Source: an uncultured SAR86 cluster bacterium (GTDB lineage Bacteria > Pseudomonadota > Gammaproteobacteria > Magnimaribacterales > AG-339-G14). Taken from it: a DNA stretch of 64,000 nt. The translations under genes and the position numbers were made by a program. The notes under the pieces were generated by a model, which was not told the origin of the DNA, did no database searches, and saw only the letters and a program-made list of their open reading frames with translations. The stretch lies in assembly GCA_902524805.1 (NCBI GenBank), contig CABZES010000005.1, positions 24,121-88,120 on the forward strand, given 5' to 3'. Positions within the stretch are counted from its first letter, which is position 1. Each line of letters begins with the position of its first letter. Shown here piece after piece: positions 1 through 11,373 of the stretch.

Positions 1-5
1 CTTTT

Positions 6-1385
6 ATGATTGAAAATCATAAATTTTTTTTCCCAATAGCATTCGCTGCTTATCGAAGTGGACTTAAGTATACAGCTATAAGTTGGAGGCTACAGGCAAG
101 CGAAGTCGAATATATTGTAAAAGATTGTGGTGCAAAAGTTTTTATTACAAGTAAATTTCTTGAAGAATCTGCTAAGTCTTTAGTTAATTCTTTAGAAGGA
201 GTTCATAAATTCATGCTTGATGGAATAACGGATGACTTTAAATCCTATGAAAAAGAGATAAACAACATGCCATTAACTTCTATAGAAGATGAGTGTCAAG
301 GAGCAGCAATGTTATATTCGTCTGGAACAACTGGAAAGCCTAAAGGCGTCAGCCGCGAAGTAAATTTAAGTCCTCTACCATATAAAGCAGAAGAAGATGA
401 TTTGGGTTTAACTCGAGTAGTACAAGGATTGTATTCCGCTGATGAAGATTCTGTTTATTTATCGCCAGCTCCTCTTTACCACTCCGCACCAATGGGCTTC
501 AACACAGGATTTCTAGCTTTAGGCGCAACTAGTATTATTTTAGAGAAATTTGATCCTGAAGCTGCACTGGCGGCTATTGAAAAATATAAAATAACTCATA
601 GCCAATGGGTTCCAACAATGTTCATAAGATTTTTAAAGAGTGAACCTGAAATCTTAACTAAGTACGATTTATCATCACATCGAATAGCTATTCATGCCGC
701 AGCACCATGCCCAGTAGAAATTAAAGAAAAAATGATAGATTGGTGGGGACCTATTATTCATGAATACTATGCAGGTACAGAATTTAATGGATTTGTGGCA
801 TGTAATTCTGAACAGTGGCTCTCTCATAAAGGAACAGTTGGCCAGTCTTTATTAGGTCCAATACACATTTTAGATGATGATCAAAATGAATTACCTGTTG
901 GAGATGAAGGAACAATTTATTTTGAAGGTCCTACAGCCAATGGTTTTTCTTACCATAACGATAAAGAAAAAACTAAAGGAGCCACTTCGAAACAAGGTTA
1001 TACAACATTAGGAGATATCGGATACTTAGACGAAGAAGGTTTCCTATATTTAACTGACAGGAAGGCTTTTATGATTATTTCTGGAGGAGTTAACATTTAT
1101 CCCAAAGAAACAGAAGATACATTAATTATGCATCCTAAAGTTGCCGATGTTGCAGTATTTGGAGTTCCAAATGAAGAAATGGGTGAAGAGGTCAAAGCAG
1201 TAGTTCAACCTGAAGATCTTAGTCTTTCAGGAGAAGATTTAGAAGCTGAACTTATGGCATATTGTCGAGAACATATTTCTCATGTGAAGTGTCCAAAATC
1301 AATAGATTTTAGAGAGGAGCTACCTAGACATCCAACTGGAAAGCTTTATAAAAGACTTTTAAAAGACGAGTATTGGAATATTTAA
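6..1385 (+). CDS. AMP-dependent acyl-CoA synthetase/ligase, probably 5'-truncated by the window edge
   Basis: 459-aa ORF with AMP-binding signature [12 protein letters not shown] and C-terminal GKLYKR. The frame stays open to position 3 and the usual ~50-aa N-terminus is missing. Confidence 0.85.
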   Translation: MIENHKFFFPIAFAAYRSGLKYTAISWRLQASEVEYIVKDCGAKVFITSKFLEESAKSLVNSLEGVHKFMLDGITDDFKSYEKEINNMPLTSIEDECQGAAMLYSSGTTGKPKGVSREVNLSPLPYKAEEDDLGLTRVVQGLYSADEDSVYLSPAPLYHSAPMGFNTGFLALGATSIILEKFDPEAALAAIEKYKITHSQWVPTMFIRFLKSEPEILTKYDLSSHRIAIHAAAPCPVEIKEKMIDWWGPIIHEYYAGTEFNGFVACNSEQWLSHKGTVGQSLLGPIHILDDDQNELPVGDEGTIYFEGPTANGFSYHNDKEKTKGATSKQGYTTLGDIGYLDEEGFLYLTDRKAFMIISGGVNIYPKETEDTLIMHPKVADVAVFGVPNEEMGEEVKAVVQPEDLSLSGEDLEAELMAYCREHISHVKCPKSIDFREELPRHPTGKLYKRLLKDEYWNI

Positions 1386-2227
1386 TCAAAACCCAATTGA
1401 TTCTCACAGCTTTCTAAAGTTTGCATAATTAAGGTATTAATGGTCATTGGTCCAACACCACCTGGAACAGGAGTATATGCGGATGATCTAGAAATAACAC
1501 CTTCAAGATCGATATCGCCACACATCTGAGGATGATAGCCTGCATCAACAACAACCGAGCCATCTTTAATCCACTCTGATTTAATGAATTTAGGAATTCC
1601 TACTGCTCCAACCACAATATCTGCTTTAGATATTATTGAAGGTAAATCTTCTGTTTTTGAGTGACAAATTGTTACAGTTGAATTTGCATTCAGAAGCATC
1701 ATTGCCATTGGTTTACCCAAAATGGGACTTCTACCAACAACAACAGCATGCTTACCACTTAATGGTATCTTGTAATGATCGAGGAGTCTCATAATTCCAT
1801 AAGGTGTACATGAACCATAAGCTTTTTCTAACATTGTCATCTTGCCAAATCCTAAGCTAGTTACACCATCAACATCTTTGTTTATTTTAATTGCATCAAA
1901 ACATAATCGTTCATTGATCTGAGAGGGAGTTGGATGTTGAAGAAGAATTCCCGATACTTCTTCGTTATCATTCAAATTTTGAATTGTCTTTAACAAGTCA
2001 TCAGTAGAAGTTGTTTGAGGTAATTCAACCTTCATCGATTTCATACCAATTCTTTCGCAGGCATTTCCTTTCATTTTTACATAAGTTTCAGATGCTGGAT
2101 CATTGCCTACTAAAATTGTTGCCAAAATAGGAATGATGCCAGATTTATTCTTTATCAAAGAAACTCTTTTTTTAAAATCTTCTTCAGCCTGAAAGGCTAA
2201 TTCCTTACCGTTTAGTATTATTGTCAT
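1382..2227 (-). CDS. folD: Bifunctional methylenetetrahydrofolate dehydrogenase/cyclohydrolase
   Basis: 281 aa, typical FolD length. N-terminus LNGKELA...[18 protein letters not shown] and C-terminal [11 protein letters not shown] motif. Confidence 0.95.
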   Translation of the reverse strand: MTIILNGKELAFQAEEDFKKRVSLIKNKSGIIPILATILVGNDPASETYVKMKGNACERIGMKSMKVELPQTTSTDDLLKTIQNLNDNEEVSGILLQHPTPSQINERLCFDAIKINKDVDGVTSLGFGKMTMLEKAYGSCTPYGIMRLLDHYKIPLSGKHAVVVGRSPILGKPMAMMLLNANSTVTICHSKTEDLPSIISKADIVVGAVGIPKFIKSEWIKDGSVVVDAGYHPQMCGDIDLEGVISRSSAYTPVPGGVGPMTINTLIMQTLESCENQLGFD

Positions 2228-2271
2228 TTATTTTGATATGATACCACCGCTTTATTATTAGAATACACTAT

Positions 2272-2348
2272 CGGAGTGTAGCGCAGCCTGGTAGCGCGCC
2301 TGCTTTGGGAGCAGGATGTCGGGGGTTCGAATCCCTCCACTCCGACCA
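2272..2348 (+). tRNA. tRNA-Pro (anticodon UGG)
   Basis: Hand-folded cloverleaf: acceptor CGGAGTG/CACTCCG, anticodon loop TTTGGGA, T-loop GTTCGAATC, encoded CCA. Close to the E. coli tRNA-Pro pattern. Confidence 0.95.
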
Positions 2349-2540
2349 TTTCTTTTAATTCATTATATTCATTGATAGAATGGCTTTGAGTAATCAAGGG
2401 GGGAGATTATCAATCTCTCGGTTGCTCATTAGGACGAGCATTTCGTTTTTTAAAATGTCACGGGCAGGATGTCTGGCCGAGAGACCAGTAAAAGTTTATA
2501 AGAACACTGCCCATTTTTTATATAGAATACACAATTACAG

Positions 2541-2617
2541 CTCCTGGTAGCTCAGCTGGATAGAGCATCTGCCTTCTAAGCAGAGGGTCGCAGGTTCGAA
2601 TCCTGCCCAGGAGGCCA
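2541..2617 (+). tRNA. tRNA-Arg (anticodon UCU)
   Basis: Cloverleaf: acceptor CTCCTGG/CCAGGAG, D-arm GCTCAGCTGGATAGAGC, anticodon loop CTTCTAA, T-arm GCAGGTTCGAATCCTGC, encoded CCA. Confidence 0.93.
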
Positions 2618-2622
2618 TTAAT

Positions 2623-2699
2623 GGTGGGCGTAGCTCAGTTGGTAGAGCACTGGTTTGTGGTACCGGTTGTCGTGGGTTCAAGCCCCATCGTCCACCCCA
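2623..2699 (+). tRNA. tRNA-His (anticodon GUG) with the extra G-1
   Basis: Cloverleaf with G-1, acceptor GTGGGCG/CGTCCAC, anticodon loop TTGTGGT, T-arm GTGGGTTCAAGCCCCAT, encoded CCA. Lies 5 nt after tRNA-Arg. Confidence 0.93.
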
Positions 2700-2714
2700 T
2701 TAAAGGAAATTAAT

Positions 2715-4010
2715 ATGTTCGGAATTAATAAAAAGAAAACTGAAAATAAATTATCTCTCAAATTAGAAAGCGCATCTCTGCAAGAACAATTTAATAAAAA
2801 AATTGAAGAACAACAAAGAAATTCAAATCTAAAAGGATATCGTAAAGGAAAAGCTCCTAAAGATATTATCGAGCAATATTATGGAGATCAAATTACCTCT
2901 CAAATTATCTATGAAAGTATGGCTAACATTTTTTATAAGAAAGTTTCTGAAGATAAGATATCTGTAGTTGGACAACCTTCTCTAAATCCATTATCCATGG
3001 ATATAAAAAAAGATATTAAATTTGAGGCAATTTTCGAAGTTTATCCTGAATTTACTTTAAAAAAATTTGGCTCTATTAAGTACAAAAAACCAACTGCATT
3101 ATTGAAAGATGAAGATTTAGACAAATCTATTTTACAAATGCAGAAAAGATTTGGAAATTTAGAAAAAGTAAATGAACCTGCAAGCGATGGAAAATACACA
3201 AAAATAGATTTTGAGGGATATATCAACGATGAATTATTTGAAGGCGGAGCAGCTAAAGATTATCTTATAGAAATTGGTTCTAACAATATGATCCCTGGTT
3301 TCGAGGAAGGACTAGAAGGTTTAAAGGAAGGTGAAGAAAAAGAGATAAATATAAGTTTTCCTGAGGATTATCATGTAGATGATTTAAAAGGTAAACCTGT
3401 TAAATTTAAAATTAAGGTAAATGAGGTTTTAGAAACTTCTTTACCACAACTAAATAAAGATTTTTTTACAAAAATAGGAATTGACGTTGAAACTACTGAG
3501 GAATTCAGAGAGGACCTTAAACAGAAACTACAGAAAGATTTAGAAGTTACTTTAAAAAGAAAAGAAAAAGAAAGATTATTCGATTCTTTAGAAAAGTTAA
3601 ATCCTATTGAAATCCCTTCAGCAATGGTTTTGGCGGAATCTGAAAATCTAAGAAAAGCTGCGGCCCAACAGATGGGAATGGATATTTCAAAAATTTCTGA
3701 GGAAGAATTACCACTAAGTAATTTTTCTGAAAACGCAACTAAACGAGTAAGGTTGGGCGTTATTCTTAATAAAATCATAGAAGATAATGACTTTAAAGCT
3801 GATGAAGATCTAGTAAAAGAATTAATTGAAGAAAGATCTTCCGGCTTTAAAGATCCTGAGCAATATAAAAATTGGATTTTTGGTAATGAAGAACAACTTA
3901 AAAATATTGAGTCTTTAGCACTTGAAGAGCAGGTTACAGATCTTTTAATTAGTCAATCAAAGTCTGAAGAAGAGAGTCTTAGTTTTGAAGAAGTGATGAC
4001 AATGAGTTAA
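2715..4010 (+). CDS. tig: Trigger factor (ribosome-associated chaperone / PPIase)
   Basis: ORF track starts at 2655, but that extension overlaps tRNA-His. The in-frame ATG at 2715 is preceded by AAGGAAA. Carries the ribosome-binding YRKGKAPKD motif, and clpP-clpX-lon follow as in gammaproteobacteria. Confidence 0.92.
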   Translation: MFGINKKKTENKLSLKLESASLQEQFNKKIEEQQRNSNLKGYRKGKAPKDIIEQYYGDQITSQIIYESMANIFYKKVSEDKISVVGQPSLNPLSMDIKKDIKFEAIFEVYPEFTLKKFGSIKYKKPTALLKDEDLDKSILQMQKRFGNLEKVNEPASDGKYTKIDFEGYINDELFEGGAAKDYLIEIGSNNMIPGFEEGLEGLKEGEEKEINISFPEDYHVDDLKGKPVKFKIKVNEVLETSLPQLNKDFFTKIGIDVETTEEFREDLKQKLQKDLEVTLKRKEKERLFDSLEKLNPIEIPSAMVLAESENLRKAAAQQMGMDISKISEEELPLSNFSENATKRVRLGVILNKIIEDNDFKADEDLVKELIEERSSGFKDPEQYKNWIFGNEEQLKNIESLALEEQVTDLLISQSKSEEESLSFEEVMTMS

Positions 4011-4019
4011 ATTAGAGGT

Positions 4020-4625
4020 ATGGAAACTTCAATATACAGCCAGTTAGTGCCGATGGTAGTTGAACAGACTCCAAGAGGAGAAAGGGCTTTTGATATTTAC
4101 TCCAGACTTTTAAAAGAAAGAGTAATTTTTATAACTGGCGCTGTTGAAGATCATATGGCTAATCTTATTGTTGCCCAGCTTTTATTTTTAGAGGCTGATA
4201 ATCCTGATAAAGATATTAATCTTTATATAAATTCGCCAGGTGGGTCTGTTACAGCCGGGATGTCTATTTATGATACTATGTCATACATAAAGCCTGATAT
4301 AAGCACACTATGTATTGGGCAAGCTTCTAGTATGGGTGCAGTATTATTAGCTGGTGGTACTAAAGGCAAAAGGTTTGCATTGCCTAATTCAAGAATAATG
4401 ATTCATCAACCTTTAGGTGGTTTTCAAGGTCAAGCAAGTGATATAGAAATTCATGCTAAAGAAGTTTTAAAAATTAGAACTAAACTAAATGAAGTTTTGT
4501 CTAAACATTCTGGTCAAAAAATTGAAACAATCGAGCAGGACACAGAAAGAGATAATTTTATGTCAGGTGAAGAAGCCTGTGATTATGGTTTAATTGATAA
4601 AGTTATTTCAAAAAGAGACAAATAA
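4020..4625 (+). CDS. clpP: ATP-dependent Clp protease proteolytic subunit
   Basis: 201 aa with [23 protein letters not shown], catalytic-Ser context GQASSMGA and MIHQPLGG. Confidence 0.97.
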   Translation: METSIYSQLVPMVVEQTPRGERAFDIYSRLLKERVIFITGAVEDHMANLIVAQLLFLEADNPDKDINLYINSPGGSVTAGMSIYDTMSYIKPDISTLCIGQASSMGAVLLAGGTKGKRFALPNSRIMIHQPLGGFQGQASDIEIHAKEVLKIRTKLNEVLSKHSGQKIETIEQDTERDNFMSGEEACDYGLIDKVISKRDK

Positions 4626-5890
4626 TGAGTGACGAAATAGAAACTAAAGACAAACAGCTTTTCTGTTCTTTTTGTGGAAAAAACCAATCAGAAGTTAAAA
4701 AGCTAATTGCTGGACCTTCAGTTTACATCTGTGATGAATGTGTTTCATTATGTAATGACATTATCAAAGAAGATCTTTCTGAAAAAGAAAGTGAAGAGAC
4801 AGAAAAGAAACTTCCTATACCTTCTGAGATTAAGTCTACTTTGGACGAATATGTAATTGGACAAGAGCAAGCTAAAAAAATACTATCCGTCGCTGTATAT
4901 AATCACTATAAAAGACTAAAAGATTCTAATAAAAACGACGAGGTAGAGTTAAGCAAAAGTAATATTTTACTTTTAGGGCCTACTGGAAGTGGAAAAACTT
5001 TATTAGCTCAAACTTTAGCTAGACTGCTTGACGTGCCTTTTACAATTGCTGACGCAACTACACTAACTGAAGCCGGATATGTTGGTGAAGATGTTGAGAA
5101 CATTATTCAAAAACTTCTACAAAATTGTGATTATGACGTCGAAAAAGCTCAACTAGGAATTGTATACGTTGATGAAATTGATAAAATTGCAAGAAAATCT
5201 GACAATCCTTCTATAACTAGGGACGTTTCGGGAGAGGGAGTTCAACAAGCATTGCTTAAGTTAATAGAAGGAACAACAGCATCTGTACCTCCTCAAGGTG
5301 GAAGAAAACATCCTCAACAAGAATTCCTTCAGGTGGACACTTCCAATATTCTCTTCATATGCGGGGGAGCTTTTTCTGGTTTAGATGAAATTATTAGAAG
5401 CAGATCTGAAGAAAAAGGTATGGGCTTCGAAGCATCTGTAGTCAAAAAATTAGAAACAAAAAATATCGCTGAAACAATAAAAAAAGTTAAACCTGAAGAT
5501 TTGATTAAGTATGGTTTGATACCAGAGTTTATTGGACGTTTGCCAGTTACTGCGTCTCTTGATGAATTAGATGAAGATGCACTTGTTACTATTTTAACAA
5601 CGCCTAAAAACTCATTAGTTAAACAGTTTAAGAAACTATTTGAAATGGAATCGGTAGAATTAGATTTTAGAGATGAAGCCCTTATCGAGATCGCTAAAAA
5701 AGCCATTGACATGAAAACAGGTGCAAGAGGTCTTAGATCTATACTAGAAAACGTGCTCTTAGACTCCATGTATGATGTTCCTTCACAAACTGATTTAGAA
5801 AAGATTGTTGTTGAAGCATCTTCTATTAAAGAAGAATCAAAACCTTTGATGGTTTATAGAACAGATATTAATAAGAAAGAATCTAACTAA
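4625..5890 (+). CDS. clpX: ATP-dependent Clp protease ATP-binding subunit ClpX
   Basis: N-terminal zinc ribbon CSFCGK...CDEC, Walker [12 protein letters not shown]-type loop [13 protein letters not shown] overlap with clpP. Confidence 0.97.
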   Translation: MSDEIETKDKQLFCSFCGKNQSEVKKLIAGPSVYICDECVSLCNDIIKEDLSEKESEETEKKLPIPSEIKSTLDEYVIGQEQAKKILSVAVYNHYKRLKDSNKNDEVELSKSNILLLGPTGSGKTLLAQTLARLLDVPFTIADATTLTEAGYVGEDVENIIQKLLQNCDYDVEKAQLGIVYVDEIDKIARKSDNPSITRDVSGEGVQQALLKLIEGTTASVPPQGGRKHPQQEFLQVDTSNILFICGGAFSGLDEIIRSRSEEKGMGFEASVVKKLETKNIAETIKKVKPEDLIKYGLIPEFIGRLPVTASLDELDEDALVTILTTPKNSLVKQFKKLFEMESVELDFRDEALIEIAKKAIDMKTGARGLRSILENVLLDSMYDVPSQTDLEKIVVEASSIKEESKPLMVYRTDINKKESN

Positions 5891-5938
5891 GACTTGAAAT
5901 TTTTATTTTTGGCCTTAACTAGGCTTTAGAGGTTAATT

Positions 5939-8323
5939 ATGATTTTGCCGTTAGTACCATTAAGAGACGTTGTTATTTTTCCCGGAGTTGTAACTCCTCT
6001 TTTCGTTGGCAGAGATAAATCAATCAATGCCTTGCAAAGAGCAATGTCAGATGACAAATCTGTAATGTTGGTCGCACAAAAAGATCCAAACAAGGAAGAT
6101 CCTAGTTTAAAAGATCTTTATTCTATTGGTACGGTTTCTACAATTTTGCAATTGATCAAATTACCAGATGGTACATACAAAGTCCTCGTTGAGGGAATTA
6201 AAAGGGCCTCTATTATTAGTTCAAAAAACAAAAAAGAATATACAGAGTCAGAAGTAGATGTCATGGAAAACTCTGAAATGGATTCAGATTTACAGAGAAG
6301 CTATTTAAATACTTTGCAATCGCAATTTAAAGATCTATCAAAAACTTCCGCAAAAATTAGACCAGAAATAATAAGTCAAGTTAGATCTATTGAAAGATTA
6401 GAAAAACTTATCGATACTCTCGTTGGCCATTTATCTTTATCAATTGATGATAGGCAAAAGCTTCTGGAAGAATCTAACTTAGAAGAACGCTCAAAACTCT
6501 TGGTTAATTTATTAGAGAATCAATTAGATCTTACTCAAATGGAAAAGAAAATTAGAGATAGAGTTAAAAAGCAAATGGAAAAAAGTCAAAAAGAATACTA
6601 TCTCAGTGAACAAATGAAAGCTCTTAAAAAAGAAATGGGCGAAGGTGATGATTCAGACGACGAAGTTGAGATTCTTGAGAAAAAAATAGCTGATTCGGGT
6701 ATGACAAAGGAAGCACTTGAAAAGGTTAATGCGGAATTGAATAAATTTAAAATGATGCCACCGATGTCAGCAGAAGCGTCTGTTGTTCGAGGTTACATAG
6801 ATTGGATGGTCAGCATTCCGTGGAAAAAGAAATCTAAGGTGCAAAAAAATATTCAAAAGGCAAGTGAAGTGCTTGAAAAAGATCACCATGGCCTAGAGGA
6901 AGTTAAAGAAAGAATATTAGAATTTTTAGCGGTTCAAAAAAGAGTAACTAAAATCAAAGGCCCTGTCTTATGTCTAGTCGGACCTCCAGGCGTTGGAAAA
7001 ACATCATTAGGAGAATCTATAGCTAAGGCAACAGGTAGAGAATTTACTAGGGTTTCTTTAGGTGGAGTTAGAGATGAAGCTGAAATTAGAGGCCACAGAA
7101 GAACTTATATTGGTTCTATGCCAGGAAAGATTTTACAAAAAATGTCAAAAATAGGAGTAAAAAATCCACTTTTTCTGCTTGATGAAATAGACAAGCTTGG
7201 AGCTGATTACAGAGGCGATCCGTCGTCAGCTTTATTAGAGGTTTTAGATCCTGAACAAAATCACACATTCAACGACCACTTTTTAGAGGTTGATTATGAT
7301 TTATCAGATGTTATGTTTGTTTGCACTGCGAATTCTTTAGATATACCTGGTCCTCTTTTAGATAGGATGGAAATAATTAGACTCCCTGGGTATACGGAGG
7401 ATGAGAAATTAAGTATTGCAAAAAATTATTTAGTCCCTAAGCAATTAAAAAATAACGGCCTTAAGGAAACAGAAATAAAGTTTGAAGATTCAGGTCTGCT
7501 GGATGCAATTAGATATTTTACTAGAGAAGCCGGAGTAAGAGCTTTAGAAAGAGAAATTGCAAAGATTTGTAGAAAGACAATAAAAAAAATAGCCGACTTA
7601 AAAAAGAAATCACTACAAAAAGTTTCTTCAAAAAACATTGAAGATTATCTTGGTGTTAAAAAATTTGATTTTGGAGAGGCCAAAGAAAAAGACAGGATTG
7701 GGCAGGTAACAGGCCTAGCATGGACTCAAGTCGGTGGTGAGCTTTTAACAATTGAAGCTGCAACTTTTAAAGGAAAAGGAAGAATTATAAAAACTGGTAG
7801 ATTGGGTGATGTGATGCAAGAATCTATACAAGCAGCAGTTTCTGTAATTAGATCTAGATCAGAAGGATTAGGAATTAATCCTGAATTTTCTGATTTAAAT
7901 GACATACATATACACGTCCCTGAAGGAGCAACTCCTAAAGATGGACCCAGCGCAGGGGCAGCGATGACAACCGCAGTAGCCTCCGTTCTTTCTAACATTC
8001 CAGTTAGAGCAGATGTTGCTATGACAGGGGAGATAACCCTTAGAGGCGAAGTTTTAAAAATTGGTGGATTAAAAGAAAAACTTTTGGCAGCAAGAAGAGG
8101 TGGAATAAAAACAGTTTTAATTCCTGAAGACAATTTAGGCGACCTTCGTGAAATTCCAGATAAGATAACGAAAAACTTAGATATCAAACCGGTTCGTTGG
8201 ATTGACGAGGTTTTTAAAATTGTTTTAACGGAAGTTCCTAAACCTTGGTCCGAAGATAAAGGTAAGGATTCAAAGTCAATTAAGAAAACTAAAAATACTA
8301 AAAATAAGCTTGAAACCCATTAG
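5939..8323 (+). CDS. lon: Lon protease
   Basis: 794 aa with N-domain PLRDVVIFPG, Walker A GPPGVGKTS and protease-domain PKDGPSAG catalytic Ser. Confidence 0.97.
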   Translation: MILPLVPLRDVVIFPGVVTPLFVGRDKSINALQRAMSDDKSVMLVAQKDPNKEDPSLKDLYSIGTVSTILQLIKLPDGTYKVLVEGIKRASIISSKNKKEYTESEVDVMENSEMDSDLQRSYLNTLQSQFKDLSKTSAKIRPEIISQVRSIERLEKLIDTLVGHLSLSIDDRQKLLEESNLEERSKLLVNLLENQLDLTQMEKKIRDRVKKQMEKSQKEYYLSEQMKALKKEMGEGDDSDDEVEILEKKIADSGMTKEALEKVNAELNKFKMMPPMSAEASVVRGYIDWMVSIPWKKKSKVQKNIQKASEVLEKDHHGLEEVKERILEFLAVQKRVTKIKGPVLCLVGPPGVGKTSLGESIAKATGREFTRVSLGGVRDEAEIRGHRRTYIGSMPGKILQKMSKIGVKNPLFLLDEIDKLGADYRGDPSSALLEVLDPEQNHTFNDHFLEVDYDLSDVMFVCTANSLDIPGPLLDRMEIIRLPGYTEDEKLSIAKNYLVPKQLKNNGLKETEIKFEDSGLLDAIRYFTREAGVRALEREIAKICRKTIKKIADLKKKSLQKVSSKNIEDYLGVKKFDFGEAKEKDRIGQVTGLAWTQVGGELLTIEAATFKGKGRIIKTGRLGDVMQESIQAAVSVIRSRSEGLGINPEFSDLNDIHIHVPEGATPKDGPSAGAAMTTAVASVLSNIPVRADVAMTGEITLRGEVLKIGGLKEKLLAARRGGIKTVLIPEDNLGDLREIPDKITKNLDIKPVRWIDEVFKIVLTEVPKPWSEDKGKDSKSIKKTKNTKNKLETH

Positions 8324-8438
8324 TAATAATGGTTATAGGCATAAATTTTTCTTTGCAATCACTTAAAGTTCATATATAAAGGTAACTAAGTTTTTACATT
8401 TTATGTAATATTATTTAAATTTTTTTTGGAGAGAGATA

Positions 8439-8708
8439 GTGAATAAAGCAGATTTAATTGATTCAGTAGCAGATTCAACTGACATGTCTAAAGCAGAAGC
8501 TGGAAGAGCTTTGGATGCAGTTCTTGATGGAATATCAGGAGCTTTAAGTAATGGTGACCAAGTTGCATTGGTTGGTTTTGGTACTTTTTTAGTTCGTGAG
8601 AGAGCTGCAAGAATGGGAAGAAATCCTCAAACAGGAGCTTCAATTCAAATAGCTGCATCTAAGGGTGTTGGCTTTAAACCAGGTAAAGCTCTTAAAGAAA
8701 GTTTATAA
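8439..8708 (+). CDS. hupB: Nucleoid-associated DNA-binding protein HU
   Basis: 89 aa, [11 protein letters not shown]...GFGTF...RNPQTG. GTG start preceded by GGAGAGAGA. Sits in the lon-hupB-ppiD position. Confidence 0.92.
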   Translation: MNKADLIDSVADSTDMSKAEAGRALDAVLDGISGALSNGDQVALVGFGTFLVRERAARMGRNPQTGASIQIAASKGVGFKPGKALKESL

Positions 8709-8722
8709 ATCTGTTTAAATTT

Positions 8723-8752
8723 AAAAACGCGTCTTTATGGCGCGTTTTTTTT
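8723..8752 (+). terminator. Rho-independent terminator after hupB
   Basis: AAAAACGCG-tctttatgg-CGCGTTTTTTTT: GC-containing stem followed by a T-run. Confidence 0.7.
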
Positions 8753-8759
8753 AAAAAAT

Positions 8760-10544
8760 ATGTCAGCATTATCAAGCATAAGAAACGGCCTTACTTCTTC
8801 AGGATCCTCAATAATAGTTGGAATTATAATTTTTGGATTAGTCGCTACTTTTGGAGGATTTTTGGGAGAGGGTAGTGTTCTTTCTAATAATAGTATTCTT
8901 TCAGTAAATGGAAAATCGATTACTCCAGGCGAATTTTCTTTAGAATACGGAAGAATTTCTGATCAGTTATCAGGTAGTGATCAAGATTTATCAGATGAAA
9001 TTATTGAAGACATAACTAGAGACAGTATTGTGTTCAAAGAACTTTATGCCCAATCTGCCATTGAAGCTGGTTTGAACATAGATGATAAAAAGTTAAATTC
9101 TTTAATTGTTAATGATCCTTCCTTCTATACAAATGAATCTTTCGATATAGAACTATTTAAAGGTTTTCTTTCCAGACTTGGGATGACTCCTGATTCATTT
9201 AAGGAATATATAAAGTCTAGATATCTTGCTTCAGACCTTCAGAATTTATTAAATAAAGAAATAAATTTAAGCAATGATTTAGTAAGAAATTTTATAGAAG
9301 CTAATAACCAAACCAGAGATATTTCTTTTCTAAGAATGATTCTTGCCGAAGAAGCATCAAGAGAAATAATAAGTGAGAAAGAAATCTCTGAATATTATGA
9401 TAAAAATAAATTTTTATATATTTCTCCTTTGAATATATCGTATAGGTTTTTAAATCTAAATCGGGATGCTTTTAATAAATCATTATCTATTTCAGAAGAA
9501 GAAATTACTGAAGAAATAGAAGCAATTAAGATTAATTTTCTTCCTCAAAAAAAGGTTAATCATATAGAAATCTCATATGATGAAAACAATAAAGAGGATA
9601 AATTAAATGAAATCAACGACCTTTTAAATGATTTAAATAATAACAAATTGAGTTTTGAAGATGCAGTAAGAGATTTTTCTACAGACTTGAGTACTAAAAA
9701 TAATAACGGCGATCTAGGATACACAGATGGAACAATTTTTCCTGATGAATTTGAAGAAGTTCTAAGTAAAATTAAAATAAATCAATTATCTGAAATTATT
9801 GATTTAACGACTTCATTTCATATTATTAAATATACTGAACAAACAAGCTCAAATTTTACAAGAGAAGATATAATTGAAAGAATAACTTTTGCAAAAGCTT
9901 CAGAAAAACTTGAGGAAGCCCTTAACTACGTAGATGAAAACATATTTATTTCAGATCTAGAATCTATTTCAGATAATTTGAATCTTAAGATAGAAAACAT
10001 CAATTCTGAAGAAGAAAATATTTTTGTATCAAAGTTCAATGATATTGATATAGATGAAATAGAAGAAGGTGGTTTGTATGGGCCATTTCAAGAAGAAGAT
10101 GGGTATTTAGTTATTGCAATAGATAAAGTTGAGGAACAACGCTACAAACCCTTTGAGGAGGTTAATGGTCAAATTGAAGAAGAGCTAAAACTATTAAAAG
10201 CTTCAAAAAAAACAGATCTTATGATTGAGTCATCAATAGAGAATCTTAAAAGTAATACTGGAAAAATTACAAAATATTCAGAAATTAAAAGGGATAATTT
10301 TTTGTTGCCTTTAAAAGTTACAAGAAAGCTTTTTTCTTTTGAAACTAAAGAAAACGATATTTTTTCTTTGATTTTAGATAATGGCGATGCTTACGTGGTA
10401 AAGCTTGATAAAGTAAATGATAACAAGGGAGTGATATCTACAAAGGATTTAAACGAGGGAAAGAATTATTTATCATCCGTTTATAAAGAAATTATAAAGC
10501 AGTCTTTTACTACAAAGTTGAGAGAAAGCTCAACTGTTAATTAA
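8760..10544 (+). CDS. ppiD: Periplasmic folding chaperone PpiD (parvulin-type PPIase domain protein)
   Basis: 594 aa with an N-terminal single TM ([16 protein letters not shown]). Conserved position after hupB. Parvulin-like region around [10 protein letters not shown]. Confidence 0.8.
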   Translation: MSALSSIRNGLTSSGSSIIVGIIIFGLVATFGGFLGEGSVLSNNSILSVNGKSITPGEFSLEYGRISDQLSGSDQDLSDEIIEDITRDSIVFKELYAQSAIEAGLNIDDKKLNSLIVNDPSFYTNESFDIELFKGFLSRLGMTPDSFKEYIKSRYLASDLQNLLNKEINLSNDLVRNFIEANNQTRDISFLRMILAEEASREIISEKEISEYYDKNKFLYISPLNISYRFLNLNRDAFNKSLSISEEEITEEIEAIKINFLPQKKVNHIEISYDENNKEDKLNEINDLLNDLNNNKLSFEDAVRDFSTDLSTKNNNGDLGYTDGTIFPDEFEEVLSKIKINQLSEIIDLTTSFHIIKYTEQTSSNFTREDIIERITFAKASEKLEEALNYVDENIFISDLESISDNLNLKIENINSEEENIFVSKFNDIDIDEIEEGGLYGPFQEEDGYLVIAIDKVEEQRYKPFEEVNGQIEEELKLLKASKKTDLMIESSIENLKSNTGKITKYSEIKRDNFLLPLKVTRKLFSFETKENDIFSLILDNGDAYVVKLDKVNDNKGVISTKDLNEGKNYLSSVYKEIIKQSFTTKLRESSTVN

Positions 10545-11346
10545 CTTCACTTAGATCTCCCATCGCAGTGATGTTGAAACCAGCATCCACATAAAGAATT
10601 TCACCTGTTATACCACTAGCTAAGTCAGAACACAAAAAAGCTGCTGCATTACCAACTTCAGAAGTAGAGATATTTCTTTTCAAAGGAGCTCTTTCTGCAT
10701 TATAAGACAACATTTTCTTGAAACTTTTAACGCCGGAGGCAGCCAGTGTTTTTACCGGCCCAGCTGAAATTGCGTTAACTCTAATACCTTTTTGACCCAA
10801 GCTATTAGCTAAATATCTTGTAGTTGATTCGAGGGCAGCTTTCGCCACACCCATGACATTGTAATTCGGCAATGTTCTTTCAGCACCAAGATAAGATAAA
10901 GTTAATAAAGACGCATTTCGGCCTTCCATTAAAGGCCTGCCTGCTTTAGCTAAAGCTGTAAAACTGTAAACACTTACATCATGAGCTATTTTGAAACCTT
11001 CTCTAGTCGCAGCCTCAATAAAATCTCCATCTAATTCATTAGAAGGAGCAAAACCAACCGCATGAACGATACCATCTAAATATGTCCATTTATCTTTTAT
11101 GACTTCCATCATGTTTGATATAGATTCATCACTGGATACATCACATTCTATGTAAGTTTTACAATTCCAATCATCTCCAAGTTTCATAACTTTATCTTTC
11201 AATCGTTCAGATTGATAAGAAAGAATTAGTTCGGCACCTTGTTTATGCATGGCTTCGGCTATACCAGACGCAATAGAAAATTTATTTGCTACGCCAACTA
11301 TTAATATTTTTTTTCCTTCTAAGAAGCCCATATCTAATTTTAGCAT
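10537..11346 (-). CDS. fabI: Enoyl-[acyl-carrier-protein] reductase (NADH) FabI
   Basis: [25 protein letters not shown] matches the canonical FabI N-terminus, so the true start may be the internal ATG at 11331. Also has the SDR-like Y/K region. Confidence 0.92.
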   Translation of the reverse strand: MLKLDMGFLEGKKILIVGVANKFSIASGIAEAMHKQGAELILSYQSERLKDKVMKLGDDWNCKTYIECDVSSDESISNMMEVIKDKWTYLDGIVHAVGFAPSNELDGDFIEAATREGFKIAHDVSVYSFTALAKAGRPLMEGRNASLLTLSYLGAERTLPNYNVMGVAKAALESTTRYLANSLGQKGIRVNAISAGPVKTLAASGVKSFKKMLSYNAERAPLKRNISTSEVGNAAAFLCSDLASGITGEILYVDAGFNITAMGDLSEVN

Positions 11347-11373
11347 GATAAAATTCTCAATATTTCCTTTGTT

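Noticed and set aside
2462-2512. Degenerate tRNA or SRP (4.5S) RNA in the tRNA-cluster spacer
   Set aside because: There is a GGCCGAG D-loop-like string, but no T-arm (GTTCGAATC-like) or acceptor pairing, and no SRP domain IV motifs. It is kept only as an unclassified structured element.
2655-2714. N-terminal extension of the trigger factor ORF (track start 2655)
   Set aside because: These 60 nt lie inside tRNA-His. The in-frame ATG at 2715 has a Shine-Dalgarno and gives a normal trigger factor N-terminus.
3041-3778. Two minus-strand ORFs (61 and 135 aa) inside tig
   Set aside because: Antisense shadow ORFs within a confidently identified gene, with low-complexity Ser/Phe/Leu-rich translations.
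5891-5938. Hairpin or attenuator between clpX and lon
   Set aside because: GGCCT...AGGCT pairs imperfectly (one mismatch in 5 bp) and lacks a T-run. It is too weak to call.
5329-8187. Minus-strand ORFs 5329..5769, 7426..7638 and 7726..8187 inside clpX and lon
   Set aside because: Antisense shadows of highly conserved genes, with no recognisable motifs.
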